From assembly GCA_963787835.1 (NCBI GenBank), contig CAWBEI010000003.1, positions 416,001 through 480,000 of the forward strand: a stretch of 64,000 nt of DNA, written 5' to 3'. Shown here piece by piece: positions 9,442 through 18,407 of the stretch. How positions within the stretch are numbered: the first letter of the stretch is position 1; each line of letters begins with the position of its first letter. The notes under the pieces are model-generated. The model did not search any database. It worked only from the letters and a program-made list of their open reading frames with translations, and was not told where the DNA came from. The stretch comes from Ignavibacteriota bacterium (GTDB taxonomy: Bacteria; Bacteroidota; Ignavibacteria; Palsa-1295). A program made the translations under genes and the position numbers.

Positions 9442-9496
9442 AGGATGAGGGATGAAGGATGAAAATCTTTCATACTTCATACTTCATACTTCATAA
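9442..9496. repeat. Inverted pair of heptamer tandem arrays
   Basis: (A/G)GGATGA x3, spacer, then TTCATAC x3 + TTCATAA. The arms are partly complementary. Confidence 0.8.
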
Positions 9497-9504
9497 TTGT
9501 TCAA

Positions 9505-9543
9505 AAAGCGGCGGCGATCGAATGATTGCCGCCGCTTTGTGTT
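9505..9543 (+). terminator. Intrinsic terminator of rpsA
   Basis: AAAGCGGCGGCGATC-GAAT-GATTGCCGCCGCTTT then TGTGTTTG. Confidence 0.8.
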
Positions 9544-9549
9544 TGAAAA

Positions 9550-10425
9550 ATGATGAGAAACCGACGATCTCTTTTTCCAACGATTACCCTCCTATTGATC
9601 TTGTTCGCAACGCGAATTGTAGCTGCCCGTGATTGGGAAACATTTTCGAGGCATTATCATGGCGTGATCGGAAATCATAAGGTCAACGTATATCTTCTAA
9701 ATAGATTTGGAACTCTGTCTGGCAATTACTATTATTCACGGTACGAGGATTCTGTTAAGAACAACGCTGGATCAGATGATTTTACAATCGACCTCACTGG
9801 GACTAAAAGGAGAAATCATTTACACCTCGAAGTAACCTGTTATTGGTGCGAAGAAGTTAAAGAACCAGAAACGTTTGAGGGCACCTTTATAGGCGACACT
9901 GCAATAACTGGGTTATGGATCGAAAAGCATGGCAGGAAGCTACATCTCCCATTTTATCTGACTTGTGAACCCGATACTAGTCAAATTACCCTGCCGCAGT
10001 CAAAAACACCGAACCTTAGTCGGTACAAAGGGAAGAGCCTTTGGAATTCGGGATTCTTCGATCAGCCATTCGTACAACGTAAACTTCAAACTATTTTAGG
10101 AAACGATCTCGACGATTTTATTAAATTTCTCCAATTTCCACTCGCAGAAACAGGGCATTTTTGGTTACATGATAGCCTTCTTACCTATAATCTATGGATT
10201 CCACACAATGGACCTTCAGACGAATGCATTCTGGATATCGACACATTAAATAACAACTTCTATATTTTTTGGTGTGGTGCACCCGATGCTTACATTAAAG
10301 TATATGGCAAGGACATTCCTCAAAGAGTGCTAAATCATTTTGCCTCGTCAATGAATAGCCAATGGGGTCGAGGCTCCCGACGATATATTATTCGAGGGCA
10401 AACAATTGAGGTGGAAGATAAATAA
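9550..10425 (+). CDS. Hypothetical exported protein
   Basis: 291 aa with a signal peptide. The N-terminal YxGxIG..LSGNYYY..FEGT..ITGLW beta-rich module is of a kind common in Bacteroidota hypotheticals. AT-richer than rpsA. Confidence 0.75.
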   Translation: MMRNRRSLFPTITLLLILFATRIVAARDWETFSRHYHGVIGNHKVNVYLLNRFGTLSGNYYYSRYEDSVKNNAGSDDFTIDLTGTKRRNHLHLEVTCYWCEEVKEPETFEGTFIGDTAITGLWIEKHGRKLHLPFYLTCEPDTSQITLPQSKTPNLSRYKGKSLWNSGFFDQPFVQRKLQTILGNDLDDFIKFLQFPLAETGHFWLHDSLLTYNLWIPHNGPSDECILDIDTLNNNFYIFWCGAPDAYIKVYGKDIPQRVLNHFASSMNSQWGRGSRRYIIRGQTIEVEDK

Positions 10426-10444
10426 TAGTTATTTACAGGCCGTT

Positions 10445-10543
10445 ATGCTCGATGTTCACGATCTTCCTCCGGGAAGCTATTTCTACGTCCTCCACGGCGC
10501 AGAATGGAACCTGAGCGGGAACGTGGTGAAGATCGGCAAATGA
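10445..10543 (+). pseudogene. Orphan remnant of a T9SS C-terminal domain tail
   Basis: Translates MLDVHDLPPGSYFYVLHGAEWNLSGNVVKIGK*, matching the LxxGxY..KxxK end of T9SS CTDs. Not in frame with the upstream ORF. Confidence 0.7.
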
Positions 10544-10756
10544 CTACGCCGACGCGTGAACGAGGGAAGGATTGGTGAAGCTAAAAGAATTCACATCGGC
10601 GCGCTTGGAGGCGTGCTCCATCGTAAGCGAAAGCAGGTTGCCGTCGCGGTCGTAATCCGCAAGTGTGTTCTCGTCAAGATCCCGCGTATCCTCCGTTCGT
10701 CCATCAGAAAAGAGAACCAATAAGGTGTCGGTATCCTGAAAGTAGCTGATTTTCAT
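10544..10756 (-). CDS. DUF2283-family protein (putative antitoxin)
   Basis: MKISYFQDTDTLLV..DLDENTLADYDRDGNLLSLTMEHAS pattern. Confidence 0.85.
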   Translation of the reverse strand: MKISYFQDTDTLLVLFSDGRTEDTRDLDENTLADYDRDGNLLSLTMEHASKRADVNSFSFTNPSLVHASA

Positions 10757-10761
10757 ATTAT

Positions 10762-11010
10762 CTATCCTTCTTTATCCGGTTTGAATCTGCGATCGAAAAA
10801 CGCATTATGAACCGTTTCTCCGTCTTCGAGTAAAACAACGCGGAGATACCTATTGTTTGCTTCGGCTATCTTGCCCCATTTTCGAATCCGTCCATCGTTT
10901 TGGATCACTTCTGATACCGGGAAATGAATGACCCGCTCGATCCATTCCTGCTTGATCCAGGCGCGGTCAGGCTCGATCCACCGGGCGAGGAAGTAGTCCG
11001 TTGCTTTCAT
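10762..11010 (-). CDS. Small DUF4258-like/RelE-fold putative toxin paired with DUF2283
   Basis: EWIERVI..P..QNDGRIRKW..RYLRVVLLEDGETVHNAFFDRRF, 5 bp upstream of the DUF2283 gene. Confidence 0.7.
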   Translation of the reverse strand: MKATDYFLARWIEPDRAWIKQEWIERVIHFPVSEVIQNDGRIRKWGKIAEANNRYLRVVLLEDGETVHNAFFDRRFKPDKEG

Positions 11011-11065
11011 GTGGTTAGAAAACAATTAATCCGCGACATTTGTCCTTTTCTCTAATGGATCTTAA

Positions 11066-11107
11066 TCCACGGCGCAGATGGAACCGGAGCGAGAACGTGG
11101 TGAAGAT
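11066..11107 (+). repeat. Second copy of a 43-bp direct repeat (first copy 10491-10533)
   Basis: TCCACGGCGCAG-ATGGAACCGGAGCGAGAACGTGGTGAAGAT vs TCCACGGCGCAGAATGGAACCTGAGCGGGAACGTGGTGAAGAT: 2 substitutions and 1 deletion. Confidence 0.9.
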
Positions 11108-11120
11108 AGAGCATTAATAA

Positions 11121-11148
11121 TGTACACCGGGTTTTAACCCGGTGTACA
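11121..11148. repeat. REP-like palindrome
   Basis: TGTACACCGGGTT-TT-AACCCGGTGTACA. Confidence 0.75.
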
Positions 11149-11160
11149 CAAGAGTAAATA

Positions 11161-11192
11161 AAAAAACGGGCTTGGTGCACCAAGCCCGTTTT
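11161..11192. terminator. Bidirectional terminator-like palindrome
   Basis: AAAACGGGCTTGGTGCACCAAGCCCGTTTT with A/T runs on both sides, downstream of the Cys-rich peptide gene. Confidence 0.75.
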
Positions 11193-11207
11193 GAATTATA
11201 TCCGAGA

Positions 11208-11250
11208 GATCCGCGTCATCCATTTGAATCCGCGTAATCCCGGTTCTGAC
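11208..11250. repeat. Half copy of the repeat family seen at 994-1094
   Basis: ATCCGCGTCATCC..AATCCGCGTAATCCCGGTTCTGAC resembles ATCAACGAAATC..AATCAGCGAAATCCAGGTTCAGAT. Confidence 0.55.
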
Positions 11251-11438
11251 TATTTCGTGCAGCAGCAGTCGCAGCCTTCGACGCATGGCGTGTTTGGCGA
11301 GCATTTGTCGCCGCACTTGCAATCGCAGCATGCGGATTTTGCTTTGACCGGCGCATTCGTTGCTGGAGTGTTACTGGCAAAGCTGGTTGCCGTCAACGTA
11401 AATAAAAGACCCGAGATGAAAACTAAAAGCTTCTTCAT
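11250..11438 (-). CDS. Small exported Cys-rich, metallothionein-like peptide
   Basis: 62 aa: Sec signal MKKLLVFISGLLFTLTATSFA, short linker, then CCDCKCGDKCSPNTPCVEGCDCCCTK (10 Cys). Confidence 0.8.
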   Translation of the reverse strand: MKKLLVFISGLLFTLTATSFASNTPATNAPVKAKSACCDCKCGDKCSPNTPCVEGCDCCCTK

Positions 11439-11516
11439 GTTTGTGCTTGAAAAAATTGATTTATAAAAAGTGAACTGACGTTCGTGAAAGGAACGAAGAT
11501 GTTTCCCGCCGTCACT

Positions 11517-11876
11517 TTAAATCCTCAACACAATGGTCCGCAATAATTCCAGGGCAGGCGGCCGGAACTCCGGCGGTAACCGGGAACGCAATAGAAAGAT
11601 ACTGTTCGATCGAATTCCAGACGGGAACTCGACCGGTGAAAAAAAGAAGGAAGGAAGAACGGACCGTGGTCTGGTTACGATCGAACCGACGGCAGCAACG
11701 TTGGTGTAATTGGTAGCAGGCTTACAGCATTGGCATCCGGTCGCGCAACAATTTTTCTCGCAGGCACAAGCTTTCTTTTCCATGCACTGACATTCTGTCG
11801 TGACCACGCCAATAGTGGAAACGCCCAGACACAGGCTAAGGATAAATGAAAAGAATTTAGAGAAATACATCCTCAT
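11517..11876 (-). CDS. Cys-rich HYC_CC_PP / DUF2946-like protein, putative metal-responsive leader
   Basis: Hydrophobic N-terminus, Cys cluster CQC..CAC..CC..CQCC, then Pro-rich C-terminus RLPPEFRPPALELLRTIVLRI*. Confidence 0.7.
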   Translation of the reverse strand: MRMYFSKFFSFILSLCLGVSTIGVVTTECQCMEKKACACEKNCCATGCQCCKPATNYTNVAAVGSIVTRPRSVLPSFFFSPVEFPSGIRSNSIFLLRSRLPPEFRPPALELLRTIVLRI

Positions 11877-12027
11877 ATTTATAAAACAAGATTGTAGCCT
11901 GGATACGTTCACGATACCCCCAATTGAGCGCCAATTCTGAAACATCACTCATGCCGAATCGTAGCCAGTATGAGGTAAAGTTCATCTAACTCTTTTCCCC
12001 AATACTCTCATATTATTTGATACGTTC

Positions 12028-13134
12028 TTGACGGGTTCGAACAACAGAGAAATTCAGGAACACCAGCCGTCCGGTGTTCGGTGGTCGCTTGCGCGAATAT
12101 CGCTCGTCAGCATGGGAGCGGTCGTCGCAATTGGCGGCATCGCGGTAGCATTGGATCATTATTCGATCATCCCGATCCATCGTATTGGAGGAGAGAATCG
12201 GCTTGTGTTTCGTCTGGATGCCCCGTTTGGCTCGGTCGATCTCCGCGCCGGCGCCGGGACTAATGATGTCGCAACTGTTGAGACGCTCGCGGAACAAGGA
12301 GACAACCACAATCCACAATGGTCATACGGCCTTAAAAATGGCTCGATAGGAATGCTCCGCATCGGTATTGGTACTGATGAAGGTATGATCGCGCAACCAC
12401 CAATCGCGATGTGGGAAACGAATTCCGGTTTTTCCCCTGCTGTTGCTTATGCGCCTCAGCCGGACTGGGGCGCGGCCTGCCCGCCGTCGTTCTTTTCATT
12501 CTCTATGCCTTCGATTCCCTCCGGACAGGGGTGGTATCCTCAAATGCGAGTGGTTTCTACCGACGCTGGCACTGTGATCGTCCCACAAGCAAAAGCCAGT
12601 ACAAGGATCACGCTTACAAAGGATCTTCCCATGGACATCGATGCCAACCTCGGCTTCGGAGAATCCACGGTGGATCTCACCGGGTTACCGATCACGAATG
12701 CTTCGATCGAAACAGGTGCTTCAAGGGTCCAAGTCTGCTGCAACGCTATGAACCCAGTGGCACTTCACAATTGCCGCGTGCGTGCCGGTATTGGCCCATG
12801 CACATTTTGTGGACTCTCTAATCTCAATGCAGATAACCTCAACTTTCATGGTGCGTTAGGCAGCTATCAACTCGGGTTTGAGGGAAAACTGGCCCATAAC
12901 ATGGATGCGATCGTCGATGTTGGCATTGGGATGTGTTCCATCACCATTCCTGCAACGGCTTGCAGGGTGCAAGTTTTCTATGAAGACGGTATATTCAGTT
13001 CATTCTCGTTCCCCGGTTTAGCCTATCGGCGTCCGGGCTATGAATCCAGCGTTGGGTTCGAACGGTCAAACAGCCCCATTCTTACGCTCCACCTTTCGAG
13101 CGGTGCCGGAAAGATCTCGGTGAACTACCATTGA
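12028..13134 (+). CDS. Membrane-anchored toast-rack/LiaF-like beta-solenoid protein
   Basis: N-terminal TM segment and repeats of the form NLGFGESTVDLTGL, IETGASRV, VRAGIGPC, VDVGIGMCSITIP, LSSGAGKISV. Confidence 0.65.
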   Translation: MTGSNNREIQEHQPSGVRWSLARISLVSMGAVVAIGGIAVALDHYSIIPIHRIGGENRLVFRLDAPFGSVDLRAGAGTNDVATVETLAEQGDNHNPQWSYGLKNGSIGMLRIGIGTDEGMIAQPPIAMWETNSGFSPAVAYAPQPDWGAACPPSFFSFSMPSIPSGQGWYPQMRVVSTDAGTVIVPQAKASTRITLTKDLPMDIDANLGFGESTVDLTGLPITNASIETGASRVQVCCNAMNPVALHNCRVRAGIGPCTFCGLSNLNADNLNFHGALGSYQLGFEGKLAHNMDAIVDVGIGMCSITIPATACRVQVFYEDGIFSSFSFPGLAYRRPGYESSVGFERSNSPILTLHLSSGAGKISVNYH

Positions 13135-13279
13135 GCTGAAAAACGCACTAATACTACCAATAATATTCTTAAATAATACTTGCCGGATACTTGTTATGAC
13201 ATCCAAATCGTGGGGTTGCATTAGCGTGCTGTATTCGGTTTGCTCGACCTCCAAGAGTGAATCTTAAACAAAAGAAGCA

Positions 13280-15088
13280 ATGAGCTCTTCCTCCTTTGTT
13301 CGAAATCTTGCGTGTTTTACGCTGCTTTTTTTGATGTCCACCGCGTCATTAGCGGGTACGGGGCAGCAAACTTCTATTGTTCGGCAATATCCGCTTTCTG
13401 GTGCAGCTGAAGTTTCAACTGTGACAATGATCGGTATTACTGCCAATGACAGATTTTCAGAAAACCAGGTCTCGGAAAGTTTTTACGTTCTTGGATCGAA
13501 ATCGGGACGTCACTTTGGCCAGGTTCGTCTTTCGCTCGATGAAAAGACGATTATCTTCACCCCATCCGCAAAGTTCGACCTGAATGAGACCGTTTCCGTA
13601 GAATTCTCCTCTTCGCTCGCAGAAGGCCAGATCATTCGCGATACCTTCTCGTTCACCACCATCCGTCAGGACTTCTATAACACAGCCATTGGGAACTCTT
13701 CAGGGTTAGCGCTCTCAACCAAAAGCGTTTTGGATTCCGGTATGGTGTTAACTGAACCTCCTCCACCCGATTCCATGGGTTGGAACCAGGCCTGGACCGC
13801 CAATGTGAATAACAATCCCGAGCCTGGCAGGATCTTCGTTGCACTCTCGACACCAACGCCGTTCAATAACCTTCTCTGCATCATGGATCAGAATGGATAT
13901 TTGCTCGATTCTATTTACGAGCGCAATTGCTTCAATTTCCAACTCCAGACCAATGGAGAGATGACCTTCTTTAGCGTGGGTGACTCCGTGTTCTATGCAC
14001 TGGATACGAACAAGCACATCATCGATACCTTCGCTGCCGTTAATGGTTGTAAGGCCGATGGCCACGAACTGATCGTGTTCCCCGATGGAAGCTATGCACT
14101 GATAGGCATTGCATATTATACGGAGGATCTCTCAAAAATATTCCCAGACTCATCAGGTACTAAAATTGTAATTGGGAGCGTGTTGCAACGGTTCGATGCG
14201 AAGAAAAATCTGGTGTTCGAGTGGCGTGGAATAGACCATTACGCACTCACCGATGGACTTCCGTTCTATGCTGAAAGTCCGGTGTATGATTTCGAACATG
14301 CGAACTCGATCGATGTCGATTCCAACGGTAACTATCTTCTCTCCAATCGAAGCTCCAGCGAGATCACACAGATCGCTGGCACCACCGGCGACATCCTCTG
14401 GCGTTTTGGAGGGCCTCATAATCAATTTTTGGTGATCGGAGATACCCTCGGCGGCATGAGCTGCCAGCATGATGCACATTGGGGCCCACATTCGCATATC
14501 CTTGCCTTCGATAACGGTGTGTTCCACCCAACTCAGGAGAGCAGAGCCGTAGAGTATGCAATGGATACGGTCAATCATACTGCCACGCTGGTTTGGCAAT
14601 TTCATCACTCGCCTGCTGTTTTTTCCGGATCCATGGGCTCTGTTCAGAAGCTCGAAAATGGCAATTACTTTATCGGCTGGGGATTCGAAGAGTCTGAGAC
14701 CATGACCGAAGTTGCACAGGATAGTAACGTGATCTTGGATCTTGTGGGGCCGATCGTGATCTCCTATCGAGCATTGAAATACCCCCTCCCAACTTCAACC
14801 GGACTTCAAAACGTCTCGACAACGCCTGCCACATCAGGACTCTCGTTCAGTGCAACTCCAGTTCAAAATGGGTTTGACCTGACCGTCAGCACACCTGATC
14901 CTTCTGTATCTGCCATCACGCTCTCGGATGCGACGGGAAGAATAGTTTCTCGTATTTTCAGTGGCACCTTGACGGGCGGCGAGCAGCACATTTCATTTTC
15001 TACCAGCACCCTCGCTTCGGGTGCATATTTCTGCCAACTGCATACGGCCGAAGGCGATGCCATGCTTCCTCTGATGATTCTTCACTAA
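13280..15088 (+). CDS. Aryl-sulfate sulfotransferase family protein with N-terminal Ig-like domain and T9SS CTD (paralog 1)
   Basis: DGHEL, FEHANSID, SNRS, QHDA, FDNG and GSVQKLENGNYFIGWG motifs; C-terminal LASGAYFCQL. Confidence 0.85.
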   Translation: MSSSSFVRNLACFTLLFLMSTASLAGTGQQTSIVRQYPLSGAAEVSTVTMIGITANDRFSENQVSESFYVLGSKSGRHFGQVRLSLDEKTIIFTPSAKFDLNETVSVEFSSSLAEGQIIRDTFSFTTIRQDFYNTAIGNSSGLALSTKSVLDSGMVLTEPPPPDSMGWNQAWTANVNNNPEPGRIFVALSTPTPFNNLLCIMDQNGYLLDSIYERNCFNFQLQTNGEMTFFSVGDSVFYALDTNKHIIDTFAAVNGCKADGHELIVFPDGSYALIGIAYYTEDLSKIFPDSSGTKIVIGSVLQRFDAKKNLVFEWRGIDHYALTDGLPFYAESPVYDFEHANSIDVDSNGNYLLSNRSSSEITQIAGTTGDILWRFGGPHNQFLVIGDTLGGMSCQHDAHWGPHSHILAFDNGVFHPTQESRAVEYAMDTVNHTATLVWQFHHSPAVFSGSMGSVQKLENGNYFIGWGFEESETMTEVAQDSNVILDLVGPIVISYRALKYPLPTSTGLQNVSTTPATSGLSFSATPVQNGFDLTVSTPDPSVSAITLSDATGRIVSRIFSGTLTGGEQHISFSTSTLASGAYFCQLHTAEGDAMLPLMILH

Positions 15089-15301
15089 GCAGAAAAGCGA
15101 ACCGGTGTTGTGAAATTGGGCGCATGCTACTCGTATGGATGTGTCATTTCTTTATTTTTAAATATTTTTTTTGATTGAAGTCTATTAAAACATATTACTA
15201 TTTAAAATACTTTTAATTCCTTGTTATAGATTTCGTCGGCCGGGGTTTAATTGTTAGCGGTTTCCTCAAACTCGTTCAGGGTCTTACTTTTTCGTTTTGC
15301 T

Positions 15302-17125
15302 ATGGCACTCTTGTCCGTCCGATGCTTCGCCGTATTTTGTCTTTTAGTGGTCTTTGGGTCACCCCTTGTTGCGGGATCTGGAACCCATCCACTGATCCTG
15401 CGACAATACCCAATACCGGGAGCCAAAGAAGTATCGACACTGACTTCGATCGGCATTACGGCCAGCGTACCGTTCGCTCTTCCATCGAAATCCGAAAGTT
15501 TTATCGTCATTGGATCCCAGTCGGGGCTTCATGGTGGGCTCGTTCATCTGTCGAAGGACAAGAGAACGATCATCTTCGAAGCCTCCACACCATTCGATCT
15601 GAATGAATTGGTACAAGTTGTGCTTTCTTCCGCACTTTCGGAGGGTACCACAATCCGAGATACCTTCACCTTTACCACAATGCGCGACGAGCAAATGCGC
15701 TACGAGCGGAGCGCCACGTTTGCGACTCATTCTCCCCTTGGAAAAATGGTCGTGGATAACGTGGAGGATTCGATCCCGCCACCTCCTCCTCCGCCACCGC
15801 CGGACTCCATGCAATGGGCAATCGACTGGTCACCCGCGATCGATAATAACCCTACACCCGGCCGAATCTTTATCGCTACAAACACTCCCGTCCCGGCCTA
15901 TAATAATTTCCTTTTCATCCTGGATCAGGACGGGAAACTTCTCGATTATCATTTCGCCCCTTTTGCCTTTAATTTCGAGCTGCAGCCAAACGGCGAAATG
16001 ACCTATTATAGCCCCACGGGATCGTGGTACTATGGTGTGGATTCGGGCTTCAATGTTCTGGACACCTTCGCGGCGATCAACGGATGTACTACCGATGAAC
16101 ACGATATTGAAGTGCATTCGGATGGGAGCTACATCGTCCTCGGAAGAGCCTTGTACACAGAAGACCTCTCTCAAGTATTTCCCGATTCCACAGGTACGAT
16201 CACCGTCATCGGTAATGTGTTGCAAAGCTTCGACTCAGATAAAAACCTGGTCTTCGAATGGCGCGGAATTGACCATTACACACTCTCCGACGGCCTTCCC
16301 TACTATGTCCCCGCCGAGAACTTCGATTTCGAACATGCTAACTCGATCGATGTCGATACCAGCGGCAACTATTTACTTTCTAACCGCAGCTTTAGTGAGA
16401 TCACCCAGATCGATGCCACAACAGGCAACATCGTATGGCGCTTTGGTGGGCCACATAACCAATTCCTCCTCGTTGGCGACACCTTAGGACTCAGCGGCCA
16501 GCACGATGCGAAATGGTCTCCAAGTTCTACCCTTCTGGCGTTCGATAACGGGAACTTCCATCCCGATGCCGAAAGCAGAGCGGTCGAATTTGCGATAGAC
16601 ACCACGGATCATACCGCAACACTCCTGTGGCAATTCCATCATAATCCAGCTATATCCTCAGGCTCTATGGGATCCGTCGAGCGGCTTCCCAACGGAAATA
16701 CATTCATTGGCTGGGGGTTGAGCGTTCAAAATGCGATGACGGAAGTAACACCCGGCGATACCGTCATTTTTGATCTCAAAGGCCCAACGGTTGTCTCCTA
16801 TCGTGCCTTGAAGTATCCGCCATTAGTATCGGTATCGAGTATGTCCGGTGTAGCAGCAATCGAAACCCCATCAGGTTTATCCTTACATGCTACGCAGGTA
16901 CAAGATGGATATGAGTTAACAGTGAATGCAAATGCTTCATCCAATTCTTCGATCACCCTTTCGGATGCAGCCGGAAGGATAGTATTACACATCTTCGATG
17001 GGGCACTCATGCCAGGCGAACACCATATTTCATTTTCCACAGCGCAGCTTGCTTCGGGAGCCTACTTCTGCCATCTGCATTGCGGCGAAGGCGATACCAT
17101 GCTTCCACTGCTCGTTTCACACTAA
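15302..17125 (+). CDS. Aryl-sulfate sulfotransferase family protein with Ig-like domain and T9SS CTD (paralog 2)
   Basis: Same motifs (DEHDI, FEHANSID, QHDA, FDNG, GSVERLPNGNTFIGWG), colinear with paralog 1, poly-Pro linker. Start could be 15251. Confidence 0.85.
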   Translation: MALLSVRCFAVFCLLVVFGSPLVAGSGTHPLILRQYPIPGAKEVSTLTSIGITASVPFALPSKSESFIVIGSQSGLHGGLVHLSKDKRTIIFEASTPFDLNELVQVVLSSALSEGTTIRDTFTFTTMRDEQMRYERSATFATHSPLGKMVVDNVEDSIPPPPPPPPPDSMQWAIDWSPAIDNNPTPGRIFIATNTPVPAYNNFLFILDQDGKLLDYHFAPFAFNFELQPNGEMTYYSPTGSWYYGVDSGFNVLDTFAAINGCTTDEHDIEVHSDGSYIVLGRALYTEDLSQVFPDSTGTITVIGNVLQSFDSDKNLVFEWRGIDHYTLSDGLPYYVPAENFDFEHANSIDVDTSGNYLLSNRSFSEITQIDATTGNIVWRFGGPHNQFLLVGDTLGLSGQHDAKWSPSSTLLAFDNGNFHPDAESRAVEFAIDTTDHTATLLWQFHHNPAISSGSMGSVERLPNGNTFIGWGLSVQNAMTEVTPGDTVIFDLKGPTVVSYRALKYPPLVSVSSMSGVAAIETPSGLSLHATQVQDGYELTVNANASSNSSITLSDAAGRIVLHIFDGALMPGEHHISFSTAQLASGAYFCHLHCGEGDTMLPLLVSH

Positions 17126-17219
17126 AGAAAAGCGAACCGAGGTTCAGGCTTCGCGGTTGTGTTTCTCCACCTGAGATTGGCTCAGGTAACAACCTATTTT
17201 TTAGAATTCCAATCGACTG

Positions 17220-18395
17220 ATGTCATATCTTTTTACTTCCGAATCTGTATCCGAAGGCCATCCAGACAAAGTAGCCGACCAAATTTCCGACGCCGTACTC
17301 GACGCCATTCTCGCGCAGGATCCGAACTCCCGCGTGGCGTGCGAAACATTCGTTACCACCGGCCTCGTCATTGTTGGCGGTGAAGTTACCACGAACTCCT
17401 ACGTGAATGTTGCGGAAGTAGCACGGGAAGTCATTGCGCGCATTGGCTATACAAAAGCAGAGTACCGTTTCGATTCGGAATCCTGTGGCGTCATGACCTC
17501 TATCCATTCTCAGTCCCCGGATATTGCTATGGGTGTCGATACCGGTGGCGCCGGCGATCAGGGAATGATGTTCGGCTACGCGACCGACGAAACGCCGGAA
17601 TACATGCCGACAGCGATCCATTATGCACACAAGCTTATGGAGCGCCTCGCGGATGTGCGAAAGAATCATCCGAAGCTGATGCCCTATCTTCGCCCGGATG
17701 CCAAAAGCCAGGTTACCATTGAATATGAAGGCCGCACACCCGTCCGTGTACATACCGTCGTTATCTCCACGCAGCACGATCCCCATGTGACGCAGGCGCA
17801 AATCCGGTCGGATGTTATTAAGCATGTGATCGATCAAGTGATCCCGCTAAAATTGCGCGATTCCGGTATGATCATTCACGTCAACCCAACCGGCAATTTT
17901 GAAATTGGCGGACCCCACGGCGATACCGGACTCACCGGACGCAAGATCATCGTAGATACCTATGGTGGCCGCGCACCGCACGGCGGCGGAGCGTTTTCCG
18001 GAAAAGATCCCTCGAAGGTCGATCGCTCGGCAGCGTATGCAGCGCGCCATGTGGCAAAGAATATCGTCGCTGCAAAGCTTGCGCATGAATGCACGGTACA
18101 GCTTGCCTACGCGATCGGTATTGCCGAGCCTGTTTCGATCAACGTCGATACGCATGGCACAGGAAAACTTCCCGACTCTGAACTCGAAGAGATCATTCGC
18201 AAGAACGTCGATCTCACGCCGCGCGGCATCATCTCTCGATTAGATCTGAAGCGCCCCATTTATCAGGCTACCGCAGCCTACGGTCACTTTGGCCGCGAAG
18301 GTTTCTCCTGGGAGAAACTCGATCTCGTTGAAGATTTCAAGAAGGCTGGAGCCCATGCATTTTCGACCAATGGGATGATGGCGGTAGCGGTGTAA
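17220..18395 (+). CDS. metK: S-adenosylmethionine synthetase
   Basis: [28 protein letters not shown] motifs. Confidence 0.99.
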   Translation: MSYLFTSESVSEGHPDKVADQISDAVLDAILAQDPNSRVACETFVTTGLVIVGGEVTTNSYVNVAEVAREVIARIGYTKAEYRFDSESCGVMTSIHSQSPDIAMGVDTGGAGDQGMMFGYATDETPEYMPTAIHYAHKLMERLADVRKNHPKLMPYLRPDAKSQVTIEYEGRTPVRVHTVVISTQHDPHVTQAQIRSDVIKHVIDQVIPLKLRDSGMIIHVNPTGNFEIGGPHGDTGLTGRKIIVDTYGGRAPHGGGAFSGKDPSKVDRSAAYAARHVAKNIVAAKLAHECTVQLAYAIGIAEPVSINVDTHGTGKLPDSELEEIIRKNVDLTPRGIISRLDLKRPIYQATAAYGHFGREGFSWEKLDLVEDFKKAGAHAFSTNGMMAVAV

Positions 18396-18407
18396 TGTAA
18401 TTATGTG

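Noticed and set aside
7283-9480. Multiple long antisense and alternate-frame ORFs over rpsA (likewise over metK, S8, MoxR and ABC genes)
   Set aside because: Shadow ORFs expected from biased GC-rich codon usage on the coding strand.
10491-11107. Direct repeats as a CRISPR mini-array or IS ends
   Set aside because: Only two copies about 530 bp apart, no cas or transposase gene, and the repeat is protein-coding in origin.
11250-11438. Cys-rich peptide as a RiPP (ranthipeptide/lanthipeptide) precursor
   Set aside because: It has a Sec-type signal rather than a RiPP leader, and no radical SAM, Lan or peptidase-transporter genes are nearby.
15776-15802. Poly-proline run in ASST paralogue 2 as a phase-variable tract
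   Set aside because: Mixed CCN codons that preserve the frame; an ordinary interdomain linker.
17126-17219. SAM riboswitch upstream of metK
   Set aside because: The spacer is under 100 bp and I could not match SAM-I or SAM-II consensus elements.
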